Positions 53,814-62,501 of a DNA stretch of 64,000 nucleotides are shown here, piece after piece (position 1 is the first letter of the stretch; each line of letters begins with the position of its first letter). The DNA comes from an uncultured Methanoregulaceae archaeon (lineage in GTDB: Archaea > Halobacteriota > Methanomicrobia > Methanomicrobiales > Methanospirillaceae), in contig OY969564.1 in assembly GCA_963701095.1 (NCBI GenBank), positions 224,001-288,000 of the forward strand, read 5' to 3'. The notes under the pieces were generated by a model. That model did not search any database, was not told the DNA's origin, and saw only the letters and a program-made list of their open reading frames with translations. The translations under genes and the position numbers were made by a program.

Positions 53814-53886
53814 TATTATAACCAAACATCACTAGAGCGTTAGAACGAGAAAATACACCAGAAATTACATAAAAAGGAGGACATTC

Positions 53887-54216
53887 ATGAAGATGGTTCA
53901 AGCTATAATCCGGGCTGAGAAACTGGATATCATAAAAAAGGCACTCGAAGAGAAAGGTTTCATCGCCATGAGTATCATGGAAATTACCGGCAGGGGAGAA
54001 CAGAAAGGCATTACCCTTGAATACCGGGGTGCCATGGTAGAAGTGGATACCCTTCCTAAAATCATGATCCAGATGGCAGTTAACGATGAGGATGTCGATC
54101 CTATCATTGCCATCATCCGGGCTGCTGGTAGGACCGGGAATTTTGGTGACGGGAAGATCTTTGTCTGGCCTCTTGATCTGATGGCAAAGGTACGAACTGA
54201 TGAAGTCTGGAAATGA
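53887..54216 (+). CDS. glnK: PII nitrogen regulatory protein (GlnK type)
   Basis: GRGEQKGITLEYRG T-loop, LPK, TGNFGDGKIF; AGGAGG SD. Confidence 0.9.
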   Translation: MKMVQAIIRAEKLDIIKKALEEKGFIAMSIMEITGRGEQKGITLEYRGAMVEVDTLPKIMIQMAVNDEDVDPIIAIIRAAGRTGNFGDGKIFVWPLDLMAKVRTDEVWK

Positions 54217-54263
54217 GATTCAAACTATAAGGTAAATTCTGATATTGTATTTGGGAGTGTAGT

Positions 54264-55250
54264 GTGCCGGCGACATTAAAGGCAGGGGATATGGTCAGTG
54301 GTTACAATATTATAGGATTACTTGGTCAAGGCGGGTTTAGCCAGATCTATAAGGCACATTCCCCCGATGGCACACAGGTTATCCTTAAGTTTCCTGATGT
54401 ATCCATGCTTGGCGATCAGGCAACCTACGAACGGTTCCGCCGGGAGGTTGCTATCGGACAGAAGCTTGACCATCCGGCAATTCCTCATACAATCAGCTTT
54501 ATTGAGGGGCCAGACTCCGTCTTCCTCGTTATGGAATATATCGAAGGTCCGTCGCTTCGTGAATACATTACCGAAAAAGCACCCCTCCCTATCAAAGAAG
54601 GACTTTTACTCGCCGACCAGCTTGCTGAAGCCATTGATTACCTACATTCTCACGGCGTCTGTCACCGGGATCTCAAACCGGAGAATATCATTGTCGGGCC
54701 GGATAACAGTATCCATATCCTTGATTTTGGAAGTGCTTTGCTTGAAGGTTCCCGGCGTGTAACATGGCGGTGGGCGTCAAACGCTTTTGGAACGCCGGAT
54801 TATATGGCGCCCGAGCAGATCCAGGGAAAACGGGGGGATGTGCGTACCGACGTGTACGCACTCGGGATGATAGTGTATGAGATGCTTGCTGGGGCCCTGC
54901 CTTTTGAAGGAGATAATGTCCTTGCGGTGATGAACCAGCACCTGACGGGAGTCCCGGTTTCCCTTTGCAGTTTTCAACCCTCTATTCCAGCCGGGATCGA
55001 GGCTGTGATAATGAAATCCATACGCCGCGACCCCGATGAACGTTACCGGTCAGCGAGCGCTTTCAAGAAAGATCTTGATAATTATGCAGATCTGGATCTC
55101 TCTCAATTCCAGTCGAATCCTGAAGCTGCAGTAAGTGGTGGCGTACTTACTAACCACCAGATCTGGGTGCGGACTATCCTTGTTTTTGTCGGTTTCCTTG
55201 CATTGGTAGTATTAATTGTCCTTGCCGCATACCTGATGCACCATCATTAA
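54264..55250 (+). CDS. Hanks-type (bacterial PknB-like) Ser/Thr protein kinase with C-terminal TM anchor
   Basis: LGQGGFS, VILK, HRDLKPEN, DFG, GTPDYMAPE, DVYALG; terminal hydrophobic helix; no PASTA repeats. Confidence 0.93.
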   Translation: MPATLKAGDMVSGYNIIGLLGQGGFSQIYKAHSPDGTQVILKFPDVSMLGDQATYERFRREVAIGQKLDHPAIPHTISFIEGPDSVFLVMEYIEGPSLREYITEKAPLPIKEGLLLADQLAEAIDYLHSHGVCHRDLKPENIIVGPDNSIHILDFGSALLEGSRRVTWRWASNAFGTPDYMAPEQIQGKRGDVRTDVYALGMIVYEMLAGALPFEGDNVLAVMNQHLTGVPVSLCSFQPSIPAGIEAVIMKSIRRDPDERYRSASAFKKDLDNYADLDLSQFQSNPEAAVSGGVLTNHQIWVRTILVFVGFLALVVLIVLAAYLMHHH

Positions 55251-55279
55251 AAAAGTAAATTTATACAGGATCCGGGTTG

Positions 55280-55702
55280 TTATATCAGCGCCTTATCCCC
55301 CTGCTCTCCATTTCTGACCCGGATCGCACTGATCATCGGACAGACAAAGATTTTCCCGTCTCCGTGATGCCCGGTCTGGTTTGTGGTGATAAGTGTATCA
55401 ATTATGGGCCTTACGTCACTATCATTTGCGACTATGATAAGCATTCTTTTCGGAGAAAAACCGCGTTCCCGCTCATTTTCAGCCAGCCGGTTGTCCAGGT
55501 CTGTCAATGTATGAACCACATCCCGTCTCTGGAGTATACCTTTGACGGTGTAAGATGGATTTTTACCACGTAGAAACTGGGATTTGCTCGAGCCTCTCCC
55601 CGTAACATGCAAAAATGTTAAACCTGTGACGCCGAGATTCTTCAGGGCGTACTTGGTTTCTTCCACTTTCTCAGTTCTGATTATAGCGATGATCTTCTTC
55701 AT
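55280..55702 (-). CDS. PII-family protein, NifI2-like, with long Ser/Arg-rich T-loop
   Basis: MKKIIAIIR, TKYAL, VTGRG, PKRML, TGHHGDGKIF, IRVRNGEQG. Confidence 0.88.
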   Translation of the reverse strand: MKKIIAIIRTEKVEETKYALKNLGVTGLTFLHVTGRGSSKSQFLRGKNPSYTVKGILQRRDVVHTLTDLDNRLAENERERGFSPKRMLIIVANDSDVRPIIDTLITTNQTGHHGDGKIFVCPMISAIRVRNGEQGDKALI

Positions 55703-56070
55703 AGGCTAGTTTCGGTCTTTGCTGGAAGACTCGAATCATTCTTACGTGTTTCAGCGGTCCTGATCGTATACGCATCATCGACGTAGGTAACGAAGATCTT
55801 GCCGTCCCCGACAGCCCCATGCCCGGGATTCTCTTTCTGCCAGGTCTTTGCCATGGTGCTGATAATTTTTACCGCTCTCGCAACATCGATATCAGGAAGT
55901 ACGAGCATAAGCATCTCTTTAGGTATCTCCGAATAATTTGCCGTGACACCTATCTCAGCACCATGACCGGTGACATGCAAACGGGTCATTGCCGAAATGC
56001 CGATCTTCTCCAGTGCATCGATTACTTTTTGCGAATATTCCGGCCGGATAATAGCCCAAATCATTTTCAT
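55699..56070 (-). CDS. PII-family protein, NifI1-like, with degenerate T-loop
   Basis: MKMIWAIIRPE, GHGAEIG in place of GRGKQKG, YSEIPKEML, GDGKIF, YTIRT. Confidence 0.85.
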   Translation of the reverse strand: MKMIWAIIRPEYSQKVIDALEKIGISAMTRLHVTGHGAEIGVTANYSEIPKEMLMLVLPDIDVARAVKIISTMAKTWQKENPGHGAVGDGKIFVTYVDDAYTIRTAETRKNDSSLPAKTETSL

Positions 56071-56108
56071 CGATACACCGGTTCAAACATTCTTCCCACT
56101 TCACGCAG

Positions 56109-56968
56109 CTATCTTTTTCCAAGGAGCGTCCGCCATGAAAATGGATTAGCCGCTTGTTGTCCAAGGACCTCTATATGGAACATAATGCCCGTGATATTAT
56201 CCGGTGCCCCTCCGCTGAGCGCGAGCCTGACTAGTTTTTCACATCCCCTGCTCATATCAGTCTCCTCTAATGCGGAACGTATCTCTTCCTCAGTAAGTTC
56301 TGACCATAAACCATCGCTGCAGAGGAGGTATGTGTCGCCTTGCTTCACCGGCTGCCGGGTAATATCAGCATTCATGAACGGGTCCCCGCCAACAGAACGG
56401 GTAAGTTGGTGCCGGCCCGGTGATTTGATGCTTGACCCGAGGAGATCATGTGGAGCTGGAGCATGTCGCTTGCCATGGTATGATCCCGGGTCAGCTGATA
56501 GATATGGCCATCTCTCATCCGGTAGAGGCGGCAGTCACCAACATGGCCAAGAGTCAATAAATCATTTTCTAACACGGCAATAGTCAAAGTAGTCTGCATT
56601 TTCTGGAATAGTTCCGGATCGGTTTGAGCCACGCAGAAAATCTTCTGGTTTGCTTTCTGCATTGCCCGATTAACCATACTGTCTGCCTGTCCTCCATGCC
56701 AGGCATGGAACTCCTCTTTTATGGCTTTAAGTGCCATCCTGCTTGCGATGGCACCACCCCGGTGACCGCCCAGACCGTCGGCAACTGCAAAGATATATCG
56801 AGAAGACGATTCAGTGTCGGTTTTTCCATTGATAACGTGAGTAACCCAGTGGGCATCTTCGTTCTGCGAACGTGTCAGACCCTGATGAGTAATAGCCCGC
56901 CAGGTAACGATTACACCAATCAGGTGGGGCGTCTTGTCTGTCTGGGCAGTTATCGCATTTTCTTCCAT
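56109..56968 (-). CDS. PP2C/PPM-family Ser/Thr phosphatase; one-base deletion at ~56420
   Basis: RSQNEDA, VADGLGGHRGG, TTLT, HVGDCRLY, QLTRDH; shifted frame HQLTRSVG, LLCSDGL, GAPDNIT. Confidence 0.92.
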
Positions 56969-57100
56969 AGTGACCACAATGACTCGATCTATAATTAAAA
57001 GATATAGGTACCGGGTCTAGCAGATTACCTGCAAGATACCTCTACCTTTCTTCTTTTGACTCCGGTCAGATATTTTCTCATCTTTTGCAATGTGGTAAGG

Positions 57101-58681
57101 CTATGAATCATCCTGTTCAAGTCCGGTTGCCTGTGGCAAGTGCCCTGTCATAATGGGACCACCCTGTTTTTTCGTATTGGAGATAAACCAGACTGCACCG
57201 GCCACGAGCCAGACAATCACCATCGCAATCGCAATCAGTGCATCAGTTGCCGAGCTACCTCCGGAGCTGATACCTAGCCAGACGACTGCACCAAGCATAA
57301 CGATGTTTGCAAGAAAACCAAGCAGCGGAACTACCCGGTGTTTTAAGAAATTGGCATCAGGGCGGTGGAAGAAAGCCCAGAGTGCAATGAGGTTGGTCAG
57401 GCCATACAGGAGGAACGTGCCGGTATTAGATGCAAGCGTAATCTGTGTCAGGTTATCGATATTCAGGACACCGTATGCACCCAGCACGGCGGATATCCCG
57501 ACAAGGATCCAGATACCGTAGTGCGGTGTATCATATTTCCCGTGAAGAAGGCCAAGGAGTGTTGGCATCTCTTTGTCTTTTCCCATGGCATAAGTAATCC
57601 GTACCCCGGTGTTAAAGCAGGCAAGGGTTGTCCCGATCAGTGCGAGTACCACTGTTGCAGCCATAATTAAGACTAATACAAAACCCGTCCCGCCGAGCAT
57701 CTGGTCGCCGATTACCCGGATCATGTCACCGATTGGTGCCCCGGAAGCCGCCGTTGCCGCATACCCTGAGATCGCCGCTCCCGTCGCATCCGTTCCCGTT
57801 AGTTGGGGGCCGACAAAATAATTGGCGGCGAAGTATTCGAACAGATAGGCGAATGCACCCTGAATGATGAGGGAGAGCAGGATTGCTTTTTTAATATCCT
57901 GTTTTGGCCGGAGCGCTTCTGAGCCCAGTGATGTCACCGATTCGAACCCTACCAGCAATAGTATGGCAATGGTTGACTGGAACAACAGGTTTGTGAAGTT
58001 GTGCGGTATGAGAATTGTTGAAACCGAGGTGGCATACACCAAGTTGGGGTGGGTCTCCCGGTAGAGGATTGCCAGAATCGAAAACCCGATAAGGGCTACT
58101 AACTGGATTGTGTTGATGACAATCGCAGTCATTGTCGAACCGGTTATTCCACGGTATGCAATATATCCGTTGAGTAGGGCAAACAAAATTGCAACTAGGA
58201 TCTGTTCCGGCACTGAAAGGGCAATTCCAAAGAGGCCGAAGATATAAACAATCAGGATAGCTGAAAAAGCCACCATGATACCCGGATAGATCCAGTAGTA
58301 CAGATGCGATATCCAGCCGACAAGGAATTTAGCGACTCGTGCCCATTGCCGATGTCCCGCTTTTTCTTTCTCAAGAAATGAGGCTTCCGCATAATAATAG
58401 GAAGAGCCGGAACCGGCTTTGGGATAGATGTTTGCTAATTCTGCGTAAGATATAGCGGTTAAAAACGCAAGAACAAGCGCGGCCAGGAGGCCAGTCCACA
58501 TCTCTCCGGCAGTTGTTACACCCCCATTGGTCTGTGCTGCTTGTACCTGAAATGTGGTCCAGAGAAATGCCCCGGGCGCAATCAATGCCATCGCATTGAC
58601 CAGAAGCGAGGTCAAATTCAGTGTGCGTTTCATTGTTCCGGTTTTTGGGGCAGTTGTTGTTGGATTTCCTTCCTCTGTCAT
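57101..58681 (-). CDS. APC-family (amino acid/amine/cation) permease
   Basis: About 12 TMs; AISYAELANIYPKAGSG, VGFESVTSLGSE, RITYAMGKD..LH.KYDTP; GGAG SD. Confidence 0.9.
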   Translation of the reverse strand: MTEEGNPTTTAPKTGTMKRTLNLTSLLVNAMALIAPGAFLWTTFQVQAAQTNGGVTTAGEMWTGLLAALVLAFLTAISYAELANIYPKAGSGSSYYYAEASFLEKEKAGHRQWARVAKFLVGWISHLYYWIYPGIMVAFSAILIVYIFGLFGIALSVPEQILVAILFALLNGYIAYRGITGSTMTAIVINTIQLVALIGFSILAILYRETHPNLVYATSVSTILIPHNFTNLLFQSTIAILLLVGFESVTSLGSEALRPKQDIKKAILLSLIIQGAFAYLFEYFAANYFVGPQLTGTDATGAAISGYAATAASGAPIGDMIRVIGDQMLGGTGFVLVLIMAATVVLALIGTTLACFNTGVRITYAMGKDKEMPTLLGLLHGKYDTPHYGIWILVGISAVLGAYGVLNIDNLTQITLASNTGTFLLYGLTNLIALWAFFHRPDANFLKHRVVPLLGFLANIVMLGAVVWLGISSGGSSATDALIAIAMVIVWLVAGAVWFISNTKKQGGPIMTGHLPQATGLEQDDS

Positions 58682-58757
58682 CGTAATGCATCTCCTTGAA
58701 AGGACAAAGATTTTCAATCGAAACTGTAGACCTAATCATTAATCTGACTTAGGACAT

Positions 58758-58771
58758 GGAAAGTATATTCC
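58758..58771. promoter_or_regulatory. Perfect NrpR-type operator GGAA-AGTATA-TTCC between the divergent APC permease and BASS genes
   Basis: Exact GGAA-N6-TTCC; ~10 nt downstream of a minus-strand AT-rich TATA-like element (~58780-58792). Confidence 0.6.
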
Positions 58772-58895
58772 TTCTATTGCTTAAAAATATATCTATTAAT
58801 ACATTTGAAGATCAAAAGAAAGGTATGGCGAAAATCTCTTCATGTTTCAACTGCTTTTCAATATCTTGGGATACTATCCGGGAGAAAAGTCTGTG

Positions 58896-59844
58896 ATGAA
58901 GATATTTGCCTGGATCACCGATCACCTTATTTACTTTGTATTGGGTGTCGGCATAGTGTCTTTTCTTTTTCCGGGACCGGGTTCCTTATTCGGATGGATT
59001 GTCACACCGGTTTTGGCATTAATGGTACTTTCTATCAGTATGACAATTAACGTCGGTGATTTAATTCGCGTAAGCAAATATCCGTTAGTTATTGTCTGGA
59101 GTGTGATCTTGCAATTTGTCGTAATGGCGCTTTTTTCAATACTTCTTGGAAGAATTTTTCTCTCCCCTATGACAGCTATGAACACCGGCCAGGTTCTCTT
59201 AGGATCTCTTCCTGCTGATATCTCCGCTCCTCTCATGATTTCCATTGTTGAAGGTGATACTGCACTTGGAATAGCGATGCTCGTGACTGCAATGGTGCTT
59301 ACACCCTTTGTCCTGCCCAATATTCTTACGCTCTTTGGTGGAATAACCCTGTCAGTACCAACAAGATACTTGGAAGTTGAGTTGGTAGGGATAATTATAA
59401 TTCCCTTGATTCTTGGGATAGTCTTAAACTATTATTCAGCTGAACGTCCGGGAAAAACGAGATACATGGCCAGGTTTGGCTGCCCTTTGTTATCTTCTGC
59501 TCCTGTTCGTCGTTGTTTCATCCAACGTCGGGACAATCGTCTCTTTAAAAGAATTCGCTTTTGTCATTATTGGTGTGGAAATATTGCTTAATCTCTTTGG
59601 TTATGGTCTAGCCTATCTGTCAAAGAGAATCTTTAAACAATCCCGGGCCACATTTCTTTCACTTTTATTCATCACTAGTACCAAGGAATTCGGTATTGCT
59701 CCTGCCGCCGTCAGCACAATGGAACTAAAAAATACCGTTACTATACCTTCGGTGTTTTATGCGGTCATCCAGATGATCTCTGCACCCGTGGTTGTAAAAA
59801 TAGTAAAGTATTGGGACTCTCGTACGCATGAAGAGCCTATTTGA
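58896..59844 (+). CDS. Bile acid:sodium symporter (BASS)-family transporter; frameshift at ~59445
   Basis: Multi-TM; ILQFVVMAL, GSLPADISA, GDTALGIAMLV..LTPF; continues in the next frame to 59844. Confidence 0.75.
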
Positions 59845-60107
59845 TGAATCAGTTTGTATTTGGAGATTACATTTCGGGCCCTCACCGTTAGATCAAAGAT
59901 TTAGTGGCGCGTAGCTGAGCTGAATCTAAAAACCGGTTGAGAATACGTTTGGCATTCAACGTCGAGATTAGTAAACTATATAAAACAAAGATCGCACTTT
60001 CCTTCCACAATTTTTTTATAATAAAAGATGGAACGCAGCTAATGTGAATGCTTTACAAGCATCTCATGATGAAGGTGTATTCCATTGGGGCGTCGTCTCT
60101 TTGGTCG

Positions 60108-62501
60108 ATGATCAAAAAACAGATCAAACCAGCTGTAATCCTGTTTCTTTTACTCACGATTCTCGTGGGCATCGTTTACCCGTTGGTTGTAACCGGTATC
60201 GCTCAGGTGATCTTCCCCACACAGGCAAATGGGGATCTTATTGTTCATGATGGAAATGTTGTAGGATCTTCTCTCATAGGCCAACCGTTTTCCTCCCCGG
60301 AATATTTCTGGGGGCGTCTTTCTGCTACATCACCGATTCCCTACAATGCGGAAGCTTCCGGTGGTTCAAATTTAGGCCCGCAGAACCCTGCACTTATTTC
60401 AGAAGTTCATGCCCGGATAGATGATCTTCATGCAGTTGATCCGAATAATACGCAGCTTATTCCTGTTGATCTGGTAACGTCTTCGGGAAGTGGGCTTGAT
60501 CCGGATATCAGCCCGGCGGCAGCGTATTATCAGGTCCCACGGGTCGCCCGGGTGAGGAATCTTTCTGAAAACGACGTTTCTGCACTGGTGGCGGCCAACA
60601 CTGAAAACCCCTTACTTGGGCTATTTGGTGAGCCGGCAGTAAATGTCCTGAACCTGAATCTGGCACTCGATGATTTGAACGCCCATACAACTACGGCTCC
60701 AAAAGAGGCAGTTCCCCTAAATCAGCACACAAACACGATGTTCGGAATTACGATCAATGACTGGGTCTTCCTTGTCCTGATTGGTGTGATTCTTGCACTC
60801 CTCCTGGTTCCTATGGGGGAGTTTATGTTCCGGATTTATACCGGCAAACAGACATTCCTTTCACCGGTATTCATTCCCCTGGAAGGATGGCTCCTAAAGG
60901 TGTGCGGTGCCGGAAGTGATACCGAAATGGACTGGAAGGAGTTTACTGTCGCGATGATGGTATTTTCCGTTATCGGGATCGCGTTTGTTTTCATCCTTCA
61001 GGAAGTCCAGCAGTATCTCCCGCTCAACCCCCTCGCTGCCGGCCCCGTTTCCTGGGACCTCTCATTAAACACTGCCGTAAGTTTTGCCACAAACACCAAT
61101 TGGCAGTTCTACGTCCCGGAAACGACAATCAGTTACCTGACGCAGATGATGGGACTTGCTGTCCAGAACTTCATGTCTGCTGCCGTAGGTATGGCAGTCC
61201 TTGTTGCTTTCATTTACGGTTTCTCTCGGAGGTCAACCCTTACCATTGGCAACTTCTGGGTGCTCTTACTCCGGGGAATCTGGATTCTCTTACCGATTAG
61301 TTTCGTCATAGCCCTTGTTCTTGTCTCGCAAGGAACACCCCAGACATTTGGCGGGCCTGTGACAGTTCCAATCCTTAATCCCGTGAATGACTCAAATGGT
61401 AACCTTGTAACGACGCAATCCCTATCACTGGGACCTGCGGCATCTCAGATTGCCATAAAAATGCTTGGTACGAATGGTGGAGGATTCTTTAATGCCAACT
61501 CGGCCCATCCTTACGAAAATCCGACGTGGTTATCGAATCTTATTGAGATTATTGCCATTCTCCTGATACCCATATCCCTGTGTTTCATGTTCGGGAAGAT
61601 GATAGGATCAGTAAAGAAGGGGATGGCTGTCCTTATTGCGATGACCATTCTCTTCCTTCCCCTCCTGGGTCTTGGCATTTATTCGGAAATGGGCGGAAAC
61701 CCGGCATTCACTCCGCTCGGGATTGACCAGACTCCCTCGCATCTCCAACCCGGGGGCAACATGGAGGGGAAGGAAGTTCGGTTCGGGATTGTCCCTTCAG
61801 CGGCCTTCTCAGTTATCACGACGGTAACCAGTTGCGGTGCGGTAAATTCAATGCATGATTCCTTCATGCCGCTGGGGGGACTGGTCCAGATATTCGACAT
61901 CCAGTTGGGTGAAATTGTCTACGGCGGTGTCGGTTCCGGCCTGTACTGTATGCTGGTGTTCATCATCATTGCAATGTTTATCGCCGGATTAATGGTAGGT
62001 CGAACGCCGGAATTGTACGGCAAGAAGATTGAGCCGTACGAGATGAAACTGTCCACTATCCACATTCTTATCCCCATCTTTTTGATCCTGATTGGAACCG
62101 CTATCGCAGTGTCGATTACAGCAGGCACTTCCGCGGTCTTTAACCCGGGGCCGCATGGCTTCTCCGAGATCCTGTACGCGTTCAGTTCAGTATCCCAGAA
62201 CAATGGCAGTGCTTTTGCAGGGTTGTCTTCAAACCTGTTTTACAACATATCAACAGCAATCTGCATGTTCATCGGGCGCTATGCTATCGCCATCATCACG
62301 CTCGCTCTCGCCGGGGCGTTTGTTAAGAAGAAGATTGTGCCTGCATCCGAAGGGACATTGCAGGACCACCGGCCGCTCTTTATTATCTGGGTAATTGGTA
62401 CTATCCTCATCATTGGAGCGCTTAGTTTCCTGCCGGCCTTGTCCCTTGGTCCCATTGTAGAATTCCTGATCCAGTTGGGAAGGAGTGTTATCCATGTCTG
62501 A
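60108..62501 (+). CDS. kdpA: Fused KdpC-KdpA potassium-transporting ATPase subunit
   Basis: N-terminal KdpC (YPLVVTGIAQVIFPTQANG, SGGSNLGP, VTSSGSGLDPDIS, VNVLNLNLALD) in frame with KdpA (SFATNTNWQ, LGTNGGGFF, GGVGSG, NNGSAFAG); start uncertain (60048-60108). Confidence 0.93.
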   Translation: MIKKQIKPAVILFLLLTILVGIVYPLVVTGIAQVIFPTQANGDLIVHDGNVVGSSLIGQPFSSPEYFWGRLSATSPIPYNAEASGGSNLGPQNPALISEVHARIDDLHAVDPNNTQLIPVDLVTSSGSGLDPDISPAAAYYQVPRVARVRNLSENDVSALVAANTENPLLGLFGEPAVNVLNLNLALDDLNAHTTTAPKEAVPLNQHTNTMFGITINDWVFLVLIGVILALLLVPMGEFMFRIYTGKQTFLSPVFIPLEGWLLKVCGAGSDTEMDWKEFTVAMMVFSVIGIAFVFILQEVQQYLPLNPLAAGPVSWDLSLNTAVSFATNTNWQFYVPETTISYLTQMMGLAVQNFMSAAVGMAVLVAFIYGFSRRSTLTIGNFWVLLLRGIWILLPISFVIALVLVSQGTPQTFGGPVTVPILNPVNDSNGNLVTTQSLSLGPAASQIAIKMLGTNGGGFFNANSAHPYENPTWLSNLIEIIAILLIPISLCFMFGKMIGSVKKGMAVLIAMTILFLPLLGLGIYSEMGGNPAFTPLGIDQTPSHLQPGGNMEGKEVRFGIVPSAAFSVITTVTSCGAVNSMHDSFMPLGGLVQIFDIQLGEIVYGGVGSGLYCMLVFIIIAMFIAGLMVGRTPELYGKKIEPYEMKLSTIHILIPIFLILIGTAIAVSITAGTSAVFNPGPHGFSEILYAFSSVSQNNGSAFAGLSSNLFYNISTAICMFIGRYAIAIITLALAGAFVKKKIVPASEGTLQDHRPLFIIWVIGTILIIGALSFLPALSLGPIVEFLIQLGRSVIHV

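Noticed and set aside
55819..56583. 254-aa plus-strand ORF and other long antisense ORFs (e.g. 28960-29721, 2706-3350)
   Set aside because: Shadows of well-supported genes on the opposite strand
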